Positions 39,184 through 50,584 of a DNA stretch of 64,000 bases are shown in pieces. The notes beneath the pieces were generated by a model, which had not been told where the DNA came from, searched no databases, and saw only the letters and a program-made list of their open reading frames with translations. The DNA comes from Balanoglossus misakiensis (Eukaryota > Animalia > Hemichordata). Made by a program: the position numbers and the translations under genes. The stretch lies in NCBI GenBank assembly GCA_040954595.2, contig CM082584.2, forward strand, positions 792,281-856,280. The letters run 5' to 3'. The first letter of the stretch is position 1; every line of letters begins with the position of its first letter.

Positions 39184-40600
39184 CACCAACATCGTAGTCA
39201 GTGAGGTCATCTATGGTGGTGGGCGCGTCTTCCACTCGGCACTCCTCCGCGCACGCTTGGGGGATAAAAAATGCATCAAAACCCCCTGGCGCGTCCTCGC
39301 TCCCCCTGCGTCGATGGATTCTGTGCGACTGCTTCCGCCCCCGTCCTCTCTGGTTGCTGTGTCCGGATTGATGATGTTTTCCGGTGAGGTCGGATTTCCC
39401 GGAATTCTTCCTGTCGTGATTGGGATGCCCACCTCAGCAGTATGCTAAGGACACGCCAGTGGATGAGAATCGCTGGTGTGGTGGGGGAGCTCAGTCGGAA
39501 CATGTTCGGCACCTCCCACCCCTGGAAGACGCACAGGCGCTTCATCATCACCATGGACTCCGGTGAACAAAAGGATTCCGTAGGGATCCGTCCAGGTCCG
39601 CCCCTGCGGATATAGAAGTCTAGCAGGTCGGGTATTTCATTTCCTGGACCACACAGCCAGTATAGGTGAGTTTCTCTAACGCCTCCACCGCGTCCCGCTC
39701 GCGGAATACTACCGGCTTCTCAGTAAAAATAACTGGAAGGTGGCACTGAAAGGCGTGTTTCTTCAGTTTGCGCGTGGACCTCCGGCCTCCCGGGAACGGA
39801 CATGGAGAAGGGCCTGATGAGTAATGTGGAACAGAGGATAGGGGGCTCCTTCGGGCCGGCCTGGCGCTCCTCCAGCGGCGTTCGTCTTCTTTGGGTGGTT
39901 CCGGCGTCGGATACCGGATCGGTGATCGACGTCTGGGGCTGAGATCTCCCCAGCGTGAAAAGGATGGTCGTTCACGGGAAGGTGGGCGGTCCCGCCTTTC
40001 CTCTCGAGAACGCTCCGGTCGCGGCGACCGGGTTGGGGATCTAGACCTAGTATGGCTGCCGGGGTGGCGTCGAAGTTCCCAGGGGATTAGATATTCCCCC
40101 GCCTCCAACGTCGCTTCCAGCTCCAATGGGTTGATCAGTGACTGCAGCGGCAGCATTTCTTGGCGTGGGGGTGATGGCTCCTGCAGCAGCCGTTGGTTTC
40201 CCCCGTCTCTCGCTACTGCTATTGGGGGTGATACACGGGTGCGGGGTGGGTCTGGCCCTTCCAACACCTCCATCGCCTGGTCCTTGTCGCCACCGAGTAC
40301 CTGTTTTTCCAGCTGCGGATCCCAGAAGATGCTCAAAGTTTCCTCCAGGTCGTCAGCTGCGGTGGTGGTTCTTGTGGGCTCTTGCGGGGAGATATGGCCA
40401 ACGAATCCCCCACGTACGCGGCCTGGATTGAACTCCCGAGGTAGTGTGCAGGTTTTTATGGCTGCGTCGGATGGTACGGGCAGGTTGGCTTCGGTCTTTT
40501 CCTTCCCGTATACATGCATGGCCTCCTCCCGTACCGTGGACATCCATCCTATGTCGCCTAGAACCGTGGCTACTTGACAGTTCTCACGAAGCATCAGGAA
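39184..40600 (-). pseudogene. GC-rich retroelement-like ORF remnant (Arg/Pro/Ser-rich region, CPFPG..RKLKKHAFQCHLP and PAILIHWRVL motifs), possibly upstream of a TatD-like domain
   Basis: ORFs 39620-40852 and 39276-39554 are linked by a frameshift. The segment is intronless with a sharp GC rise and is truncated at a poly-G run. The family assignment is from recollection only. Confidence 0.55.
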
Positions 40601-40618
40601 CAGTATTTTATGTCTCAC

Positions 40619-40825
40619 CTCCACTTCAGTTGTCGCTGTTGTATTTAATGTGGACGATGTTTTATATCTGTTGATAACCAATGGGCCTAGTTTAACTGTG
40701 GCACCTACATCCAGTGGCAGCGCTGTTTTCTCACCCCAAAGGTTGACTTCAGCATCTCTTGTGCCATCAGTTATGGTCAGTTTACGTCTCTTTGTAGAAT
40801 TCGATGTATGTGTCACTGATTCATA
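40619..40825 (-). pseudogene. OB-fold gene exon C (RPA-like ssDNA-binding fold)
   Basis: AG/GT bounded, 207 nt, phase 0: YESVTHTSNSTKRRKLTITDGTRDAEVNLWGEKTALPLDVGATVKLGPLVINRYKTSSTLNTTATTEVE. Matches the OB-fold L.D.T....V.LWG pattern. Confidence 0.75.
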
Positions 40826-41103
40826 CTGTAGTGGAAATAAAATGGAAAACATTGAATGTTAATAATTACGAGTAGTAAATGTTGTGGAGAAATAGTGCAA
40901 GAGTGGTTGTTTTTTGTCAGTTGCTTTTTAAAATTTGAACTGCAAAATGATGAATCGATGGCAGTAATTTTGACCCGAGGTGAGTTGACAAGGCATGGTT
41001 GTATCATATAAATGGATTTTCAATGTACGTGATCGCATGGAGGCTACGGCAAAAAAAAGGCAAAAAAAAGGCCCATAAGTTTCGGGGTGCGATTATAACA
41101 TAC

Positions 41104-41386
41104 CTTTGCTCTATCATAGAGGCAAATGGTATTATATCTTCCAGTGGAAAAGTTGCGGAGCTGTATGTATTCTCCCTTCTGTAATCTGTTCAGCCACTTC
41201 GGATTTTCTTTCCAGAATTTAAGTTCCAGAACGTTGCCATCCTGCTGCATACAAGGCACGCTAAACAGTTTCCCGTTGGCGGAATTCCGGATCTCGACAT
41301 CCTCCATGAGGCGCAATTTCAGTGCCACGCCTTGGCTGGTTGGGGATGAGGGACCGGGAGCCGGGGATGCCATAACGCCGTTAAAC
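41104..41386 (-). pseudogene. OB-fold gene exon A (first coding exon, ATG at 41373)
   Basis: AG/GT bounded. 90 codons MASPAPG...DGNVLELKFWKENPKWLNRLQKGEYIQLRNFSTG...LYDRAK. An upstream non-coding exon donor lies near 41659, with CCAAT/octamer motifs at ~41800-41880. Confidence 0.7.
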
Positions 41387-42149
41387 CTGAAATATAGATT
41401 GAGAGTGGGTATTGTTTTACACAATTTTTGAACATTGAAGTAAAGTATTAGAATGATGGAGTCCGATAAAAAAGTGAGTTGGTGATTGCGGCATCCGACT
41501 TCGTTATTAAAAATGGAAAGATTTGCGATTTGAGATTCGGTTACCATTTGCAAGTTTGAAAGGAAATATTTCATTGAAGCACAGTGGCAACTACTGGGTT
41601 ATGGAGAATCTTTGAAATGTTGTTGAACGGAGACTTATTAGAATCAATGAAAACCTACCTTTAACGGCGTTACGGTTACTAAACGTGAGAGACCGCTTGT
41701 CTCGTTCATCCGATTCTGAGCTCCTAGCTCTTGAGGAGACATGCGGAGGTGCAGCGGGTTAACGGTTAGAAAGTGTTGATGAAAGAAATAAGTTTATAGG
41801 CCAATCAGGAGTTAGATTCGAATGTCCGAAAATGAGAAACCGTAGGCGAACGCAACAGACATCAATTTAAATTTGCATAACTAGAGGTTTGGGTGGAAAG
41901 ATTTCAGAATTTAACGCACATATACAGATATTTTGTAGTGGAAATTTGAGTATATTATAAATAGTACATGTAATAAGACTGTGAATTGATTTTATTTACT
42001 GACAATTAAATGAAGTTACCCTTTGAGTATGGGTGTTTATCGAGGGGGGGGGGGTCCAAAAAAATGTTAGAAACTGTTGAAGATGAAACCGGAAAGATGT
42101 AGCAAATTCGTTAGTTTTCCCTTTTTTGGAAATTATGCTCGAAGCGTGT

Positions 42150-42243
42150 GATTGGTCAATTAGTCAGAAGGGGATTGGTTGGAAATAGTCGAATATGATT
42201 GGGCAATAAGTTCGAAGCTGAAATCCCTCAGGCTGTATAAATA
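42150..42243 (+). promoter_or_regulatory. Triple inverted CCAAT box plus TATA box
   Basis: ATTGG at 42151, 42174 and 42198. TATAAATA at 42236-42243. Confidence 0.55.
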
Positions 42244-42271
42244 CGGTGTTTGTGGCGTGTACTAATGGAGT

Positions 42272-42545
42272 ATGGCTGGGGTGTGTTGTGTCGAGCAGTC
42301 TAGTATATCATTTGTGGGGCATTGAATATTTAGAACAAAGTTCTCTATGTCGGACTTCCTAACATATACTCGATCGTTGATAACAAAACGAGCAGATATT
42401 TTTGTGCAAATAGTGTGCGCAAAACAACAACTAAACATGAAGACAACAAGATAGTACTGCGTGCGGTGCGACTCGGTTGTAAGCGTCAAGTCAAAAACTG
42501 CAAAGACATGCAACAGGTGTAAATATAGTCGACTGAAATGCTGAA
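42272..42545 (+). pseudogene. Decayed small ORF with a CxxC...CxxC zinc-ribbon-like motif
   Basis: ATG at 42272 is in frame with YCVRCDSVVSVKSKTAKTCNRCKY (from 42455). Two in-frame stops intervene. Confidence 0.35.
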
Positions 42546-43804
42546 AAACCATGAATATCGATTGGCTCAAAGTGATGGGAATCGGCTCAACTTACCGGAG
42601 GGAATTGGTACATTATATAACGAGTAAACTAGAAAGAAAGAAATCCCAGCGTGAACACTGGAAATTGTTCATAAATTAATATTTATACATGTATGTGTAT
42701 ATTGCGTAACCTTCGAAAATTCGAATATCATTAGCACTTGGCCTAAAAAGTTGTGCATTGCGAGTGGGACACTGGGCAATTATTTTTATGGGCCGCCATC
42801 GCTATGCAGTTTAGATGTAGTATTTTACTCAACTTTTACCGGCAAGTGAGTGATTTGCTTTCAGAAGGTAATGAGACGGAAATAAACTTATGCAATCAGA
42901 GTTAATTATTCGTGAGGATACAAACTTTTGTACTAGATTTATTGTAATTTTTCAGTGTATACTCCTGGCCTTCGCAGGACTTTCATTTTTTACCCGGTTT
43001 GTGTGTTTTCGGGTTACCCATGGGCATTCTCTACCTGTTTTAAAACTCTGAACAAGAAGATGTCACGTGTATCATTTTATGTACGACGTACATCATTATA
43101 ATAATGCTATAGTGAAGTTTTTAAAAAGGAAATATTTTTTTAGTGTTATTTTCTTCGTTTTTTATATGACTGAAATATGGTTGTGCTTGATGGAAAAACC
43201 GGATTCAACCTTAGCTTAATATATGCATTATCGTTCGCAACTGACGTCATATAATGTAGCAATTTCCCTCCGGTTAAATTGAACCAATCGGCATTCCCGT
43301 TTTTCCACCATTTCACTCGAATATCTAACTCCAGGATCCTGATTGGCCTATGTAATTAATCATTCCTTTCATCAACACTTCCTAACCGTTAACCCGCTGT
43401 ACCTCCGCATGTCTCCACAAGAGCTAGGAGCTCAGAATCGGTCGGACGCAGACCAGCGGTCTGTCAGGTGTAGTAACCCTAACACCGTTAAAGGTAGGTT
43501 TTCATTTATTCTATTATAAGTCTCCGTTCATCAACATTTCAAAGATTCTCAATAATGCAGTAGTTGCCACTGTACTTCAATGAAATATTTCCTTTCAAAC
43601 TTGCAAATACTACTTGAACCGAATCGCAAACCTTTCCATTTTTAATAACGAAGTCGGATGCCGAAATTACCAACTCACTTTTTTTATCGGATTCCATCAT
43701 TCTAATACTTTACTTCAATGTTCAAAAATTGTGTAAAACAATATCCACTTTCAATCTATATTTCAGGTTTAACGGCTATTTGTGCAACATTTGACAGTAC
43801 TCAC

Positions 43805-43945
43805 ATCATGGACTTTTCCTACAACGCACACCCTCTTCTTCTGTGGAGATATCTCGACTTCTGATATCATTATTTGTGGCGGATGATAAAATTCTGTTAC
43901 CAATTTTTCAGGTATATCCATCGCTTTTCGCCCGCAAGGTATGAT
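43805..43945 (-). pseudogene. OB-fold gene exon B
   Basis: TTTTTTCCAG acceptor and GTGAGT donor, 141 nt, phase 0: IIPCGRKAMDIPEKLVTEFYHPPQIMISEVEISPQKKRVCVVGKVHD (linker plus first OB strand V.V.GKV). Confidence 0.7.
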
Positions 43946-44374
43946 CTGGAAAAAAGTTTGGCGTAGTCTGTAAGTTGTGTGACTGAATCAGTAAAGGTGG
44001 CATTTGGAGGAAAAATTTTGAGCATTTTTATCAGTAATCTAGTTTGTTTAAAATATTGGAACGCGATCAAAAATAAATGCGACTTGTAAACGAGTGCCGC
44101 GTTTGAATCGGTATTGACGATAAACATCGGTAATCGGCGATGAAATCAATGGATTTTCAATGTACGTGATCGCATGGAGGCTGCCATATTGGATTACATC
44201 CGAAGACCTTCCGATTAGGCGTCGGTTGAATTCGGGAAAGGTGTTTAAAATGTAATGGGTCATTCAATTTTGTAGAGTAAATTTCTAAAAATGTAGAAGA
44301 TGGGAGGTTAAGATACCCGAAATGACTACGGCAAAAAAAAGGCCCATAAGTTTCGGGGTGCGATTATAACATAC

Positions 44375-44611
44375 CTTTGCTCTATCATAGAGGCAAATGG
44401 TATTATATCTTCCAGTGGAAAAGTTGCGGAGCTGTATGTATTCTCTCTTCTGTTATCTGTTCAGCTATTTCGGATTTTCTTTCCAGAATTTAAGTTCCAG
44501 AACGTTGCCATCCTGCTGCATACAAGGCACGCTAAACAGTTTGCCGTTGGCTGAATTCCGGATCTAGACTGTATCCTCAATGAGGCACAATTTCACTGCC
44601 ACGCCTTGGCT
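44375..44611 (-). pseudogene. Second, degenerate copy of OB-fold exon A
   Basis: Direct copy of 41104-41340 with indels. Confidence 0.8.
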
Positions 44612-45087
44612 GCATGGTTGCAGATGATGGAGCTAAGGTACGTAACAATCGCACCCCGAAACGCCTGGGCCCTGTAGTCCTTGTGGGTATGTTAACCTCC
44701 CATGTCCTACATTTTTAGAAATTTAGTATACAAAATTGGATGACCAATTATGTTTTAGAGACCTTTCCCGAATCCACCTGAAGCCCAGTCGGAATGTCTT
44801 GGGATGTAACCTAAATTCAATATGGCCGCCTCCATGCGTTCACTTGCATTATAAAAAAAAAACGTTGATTTTATCTCCGAGTGGCGGTGTTTATCGTCAG
44901 TGCCAATTGAAACGCGGCACTCGCTTACAGGTCGCATTTTTATTTTTGAGCGCGTTCTAATATTCTAGAAAGAAAAAAATGATAGTTTCGAGTACAGATT
45001 ACATGTATTTTAAAACAAGGTTTGGTCACAATGGTATCACTACTAAATGATTTACAATCGATGTTTTTAATTGTCTTTGCACCACAG

Positions 45088-45500
45088 TATGAATCCTGTG
45101 ATGGTAAATTGCATTCAACTTAGAAGGCGTGGAGTAAGTGCAACTGATGGTAACTGGGATACCAAACTGAAACTTTTGGGAGAGAAAACCTTGCCATGCA
45201 TGGACGTGGGTGGCACAGTTAAACTTGGGTTAAATACTACAGCGACAACTGAAGTCCCGGTGAGATATTATAAAATACTCTTACATCATAAAATTGAAAT
45301 CCTACATGTCAATAATTTCATATTTTCACTAATGTTTAGCAAAAAACAACTGCTCTCAACAAACCTTACCCCTCCCCCTCTTGTATTGTCAGTGCTTTGT
45401 AATCTATCAGTAACAATCCATTTTTCTCTCTCAAGGTGTTAAAAGAACCTATAGCTACTGGTGATGACATGATACCGTCCATGGGGTGTTGGAGGTAATA
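45088..45500 (+). pseudogene. Diverged paralogous OB-fold exon C (45088-45259) and exon D (from 45436)
   Basis: ATDGNWDTKLKLLGEKTLPCMDVGGTVKLG-LNTTATTEV aligns with exon C, with an internal deletion. The next AG-bounded exon reads VLKEPIATGDDM. Confidence 0.7.
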
Positions 45501-46904
45501 CACTTTGTAAGTATTAACCAGTCAGGACGTAAGTGGGGTAATTACGGCGGTGAGATCAAAGAGATCTATTTGAATGTGAAAGTCGCTGAGTGGCAGTTAC
45601 GGCCAGTTCGAAAAATTTTCAAACGGAGATTTTCGGTACTACAAGTGATCGTAGTGCACCCATTTTTCTAAGACGTGTATGAAACACCATAGTCAATGAT
45701 AGGATGATTTTTCGTGAAGTTTTAACGACGCTTTCCCGAGAAAGACATTTTCGGTATGTTGGTTTAAATTGTGGTCCTTGACTCTCGGCAAAGATTTCTT
45801 GTCTTGAAAAAAATTGGGTAGGTTAGGAAGATATTGAACTAAGTTACCGTGAAATTATAATAGTGTGAGCCGCTCCGTTGTGGAGTAATGACGGTGTAAA
45901 AATTGCCTTCGCCATCGACGAGTACAGCCGTGTTTGCCATATGTGTATGCATTGAAGTAGGTCAAAGCATGTTAACCCATGACGTAATGGCTTCCTTTTC
46001 AACGCGTCGTTATCTCTCATTAGCATATTACATACGGAGTCTATACACTATTCACGCTGACTGACTTCTCAGGACTGACCTATGGCACAGTAAATTGTGG
46101 TCCTTGACTCTCGGCATGGATATATTCATGTCAAAATTATGAATAGAGGAGTTTAATAATGTTTCTAAAACCTGAGGGGGTTAATTTTTGTGTGGGTATG
46201 GCTGATATTTTTTTTTTGTAACTTCAAGGTCACTTTGAATTTCGTGATCACAATTTTGTCAGTGGAAGTAAAGAAATTCTTCTCGATAAAACTTCATGAA
46301 AAATCACATGTAGTACACTCATAGTACCAGTAATGTGCCTGGGGTGAAATAATTGTCAGAAATGGGTTGCTAGTTGCTTAACTTTCGTTGTGAAAAAAGT
46401 TGAAAAACTGTATGCAAATGAGCAATTCAAACGTTACTGGCCAGTTCAAGTGTTTGCATTGCATGATCCCCTGCTGTTTAATTATCCCACTTACGTCCTG
46501 ACTGTAACTGCAGTAGTTGCTTACATCAGACTCCCACTATCTGCATGCAAGTTGTGGATGGATTTGCAGAGAGAGAGGCTAGTACACGGCACTCATGTGG
46601 ACCTGCACTACCACATTTCTATTCAACATCAGGTCTCTGAGTAAAAAGATGGCCATGTAAATTTTCTCTAAGTTTGTTAGAGAAATAAAGTACAACTTTA
46701 GTGTTTCACTAATTGAGTTTCAGTGTTCTTGTATTGTCTCGTTTGCCCCATGCCAACCTCAAAGTAAACATCAAATTTGCCATTTTTGACTTATTTGTCC
46801 TTGTAGTGGGCCACATAGCATTTTAATGCAACTTATAAAAATCTGAAGAACCAAATGCCTAATTTACCCACTCTGCACAGATTTATTTCAATGGTACAGA
46901 CTTG

Positions 46905-49900
46905 ATGATCAGTATAGCGCCCTCTGTGGTAGTAATTTGGGGGGGGGGGTTAACCTAGCCTTTGTATGTTTATCCCTGTCCGGTTCCATTCCACTTGTAT
47001 CTATGGTAACCTAATTATCAGCAGTAAAGGCCACAGCTTTGAAACAGTTTTAATATCAAGCACTCTGAATTACACGGCCATTCTCATTGGTGCATATAGT
47101 GTAGTCACGTTGTATTTTACTGCAACTGGTGAAAGTCTCCTAAAAAACCAAATGTGTCTTTACCCACTGTGCACAGAGTATTTGAATGATACTCAGTTGA
47201 TGGTCATATAGTATAGCGCCCTCTGTGGTAGTATTTTTATTATGGAGGTTGGGTTAAATCTTGTCTTCGCATATGTTTATCCCTGTCATGTTGCATTGGG
47301 CTTGTATCTATGGTAACCTAATTATCAGCAGTAAAGGCCACAACTATGAAACAGTTTTAATATCAAGCACTCTCTGAATTACATGGCCATTCTCATTGGT
47401 GTATATAGTGTAGTCACGTTGTATTTTACTACAACTGATGAAAGTCTCCTAAAAAACCAAATGTGTCTTTACCCACTGTGCACAGAGTATTTGAATGATA
47501 CTCAGTTGATGGTCATATAGTATAGCGCCCTCTGTGGTAGTATTTTGATTATGGAGGTGGGGTTAAATCTTGTCTTTGCATATGTTTATCCCTGTCATGT
47601 TGCATTGGGCTTGTATCTATGGTAACCTAATTATCAGCAGTAAAGGCCACAACTATGAAACAGTTTTAATATCAAGCACTCTCTGAATTACATGGCCATT
47701 CTCATTGGTGTATATAGTGTAGTCACGTTGTATTTTATTACAACTGATGAAAGTCTCCTAAAAAACCAAATGTGTCTTTACCCACTGTGCACAGAGTATT
47801 TGAATGATACTCAGTTGATGGTCATATAGTATAGCGCCCTCTGTGGTAGTATTTTGATTATGGAGGTGGGGTTTAATCTTGTCTTTGCATATGTTTATCC
47901 CTGTCATGTTGCATTGGGCTTGTATCTATGGTAACCTAATTATCAGCAGTAAAGGCCACAACTATGAAACAGTTTTAATATCAAGCACTCTCTGAATTAC
48001 ATGGCCATTCTCATTGGTGTATATAGTGTAGTCACGTTGTATTTTACTGCAACTGATGAAAGTCTCCTAAAAAAACAAATAAGTCTTTACCCACTGTGCA
48101 CAGAGTATTTGAATGATACTGAGTTGATGGTCATATAGTATAGCGCCCTCTGTGGTAGTATTTTGATTATGGAGGTGGGGTTTAATCTTGTCTTTGCATA
48201 TGTTTATCCCTGTCATGTTGCATTGGGCTTGTATCTATGGTAACCTAATTATCAGCAGTAAAGGCCACAACTATGAAACAGTTTTAATATCAAGCACTCT
48301 CTGAATTACATGGCCATTCTCATTGGTGTATATAGTGTAGTCACGTTGTATTTTACTACAACTGATGAAAGTCTCCTAAAAAACCAAATGTGTGTTTACC
48401 CACTGTGCACAGAGTATTTGAATGATACTCAGTTGATGGTCATATAGTATAGCACCCTCTGTGGTAGTATTTTGGTCTCTCAGATACTGTTCTCATGTGG
48501 TTTATGTCATACCTTTCCAATCGTAGTCAGTGTGTACTTGTAAATTCCACCCAATCACCTTTCTATCGGCTCGACACTGGGGTACCACAGGGATCAGTTC
48601 TTGGTCCCATACTTTTCAATATGTACCCGTCTCCATTTGGTGAATTAGTTCAAAGTCATGGTTGTCTTTATAGTTTTTATGCAGATGACTCTTCACTTTA
48701 TATGTCTTTTAGTAAAGACAACGCAGCAAGAACTGTTTCAAATCTTGAACTTTGTATATCCGATGTTAGGTTTTGGATGTCTGAAAACTTCTTGTGCTTA
48801 TACGACGATAAGACTGAATTTGTTATTTTCTTTGGTATTTCAGGTGATCTGTCTGCTAGAGGGATTTCAGAAATTCGTGTTGGCGATTCTCTGATTCCTG
48901 TCCATTGTCAGGCTAAGAGCCTTGGTGTGATCCTTGACTCTTGTCTGACAATGAAGCCACATATTGGACAGATCTGCCGCTCTGCCACTTTTCATTTACG
49001 TCGCATTGCGCTTATCCGCAAATATTTATCTCATTCTGCTACAGAGCAATTAGTTCATGCATTCATTACTTCTCGAATTGATTCATGTAATTCACTTTTA
49101 TTTGGGCTCCCGAAGTATTCAATCAACCGTATCCAACGCGTTCAGAATATTGCTGCTAGAATTGTTACTCATTCAAAAATCACCTGTCACATCACTCCAA
49201 TTTTGTATCAGTTGCACTGGCTACCTGTTACACAGCGTATTGTTTTTAAGATGTTAGTTCTCATTTTTAAATCTATAATAAACTTGGTCCAATCTATCTT
49301 TCTAGCATGACTAATCTATATGTTCCGTGTCGCAATTTAAGGTCAGCTGATCAGTTCAAACTCTGCCTTGTTCGATCACGCACCAAGAGTTATGGTGATC
49401 GTGCTTTTACTGTTGCTGCTCCAATTCTTTGGAATAATCTTCCACTCACCATTCGCCAGGCACCAGACTTATCTGTTTTTAAATCAAATGTTAAAACTTT
49501 ACTTTTTAAATCTGTTTTTTAGCCATTTGTTGTATTGTACTTTTGCTTTAAGCGTCATTGATCACATTTTTGTGGATACTGACACTATACAAATAAATTA
49601 TTATTATTATTATTATTATTATTTTGATTACAGAGGTGGGGTTTAATCTTGCCTTTGCATATGTTTATCCCTGTCCTGTTGCATTGGGCTTGTATCTATG
49701 GTAACCTTATTATCAGCAGTAAGAGCCACAACTATGAAACAGTTTTAATATCAAGCACTATCTGAATTACACGGCCATTCTCATTGGTGTATATAGTGTA
49801 GTCACGTTATATTTTACTGCAACTGATGAAAGTCTCCTAAAAAACCAAATGTGTCTTTACCCACTGTGCACAGAGTATTTGAATGATACTCAGTTGATGG

Positions 49901-50350
49901 TCATATAGTATAGCGCCCTCTGCGGTAGTATTTTGATTATGGAGGTGGGGTTTAATCTTGTCTTTGCATATGTTTATCCCTGTCCTGTTGCATTGGGCTT
50001 GTATCTATGGTAACCTAATTATCAGCAGTAAAGGCCACAACTATGAAACAGTTTTAATATCAAGCACTCTCTGAATTACATGGCCATTCTCATTGGTGTA
50101 TATAGTGTAGTCACGTTGTATTTTACTGCAACTGATGAAAGTCTCCTAAAAAAAACAAATGTGTATTTACCTACTGTGCACAGAGTATTTGAATGATACT
50201 CAGTTGATGGTCATATAGTATAGCACCCTCTGTGGTAGTATTTGGATGATAGGGGAAGGGGTAACCTACCTTTTCTATACATGTATATGGTTATCCCTCT
50301 TCTATTGCATTCCGCTTGTATCTATGGAAACCTAATTATCAGCAGTGAAT
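46905..50350. repeat. 309-bp tandem repeat, ~7 units, interrupted by a LINE
   Basis: GTATAGCGCCCTCTGTGGTAGT (near-identical) recurs at 46912, 47211, 47520, 47829, 48138, 48447, 49908 and 50218. Confidence 0.95.
48475..49619 (+). mobile_element. 5'-truncated non-LTR retrotransposon (CR1/L2-group LINE), RT C-terminal half
   Basis: ORF 48495-49310 with GVPQGSVLGP, YADD, DKTE and LHWLPV motifs, continuing after a frameshift (GDRAFTVAAP.LWN.LP). AATAAA plus (TTA)n tail. TATTTTG TSD at 48468-48474 and 49620-49626. Confidence 0.95.
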
Positions 50351-50513
50351 GCCAAATTGTAAAACAGCAACATATTTATTATCAAACACTGTATGGAATT
50401 GAATATACACAATATGTTTTGTGTGTTTGCTGGCTACATACATGCATAAATACGTACATACATATATTACACTCATACTCAAGCACACAGCTAATGGACT
50501 CTTTTTTTCATCA

Positions 50514-50584
50514 TCCCCACCAGGAATCGAACCTGGATCTCTTATCACAAAGTGACAAGTGTGTTAACCATTACACCATGAGGA
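50514..50584 (-). tRNA. tRNA-like (Gln-related) pseudogene or SINE head
   Basis: A box TGGTGTAATGG and B box GGTTCGATTCC. Paired acceptor, D and T stems. The anticodon loop is enlarged to 9 nt. Confidence 0.55.

Noticed and set aside
39891-40577. 228-aa plus-strand ORF
   Set aside because: Antisense shadow of the GC-rich minus-strand ORF.
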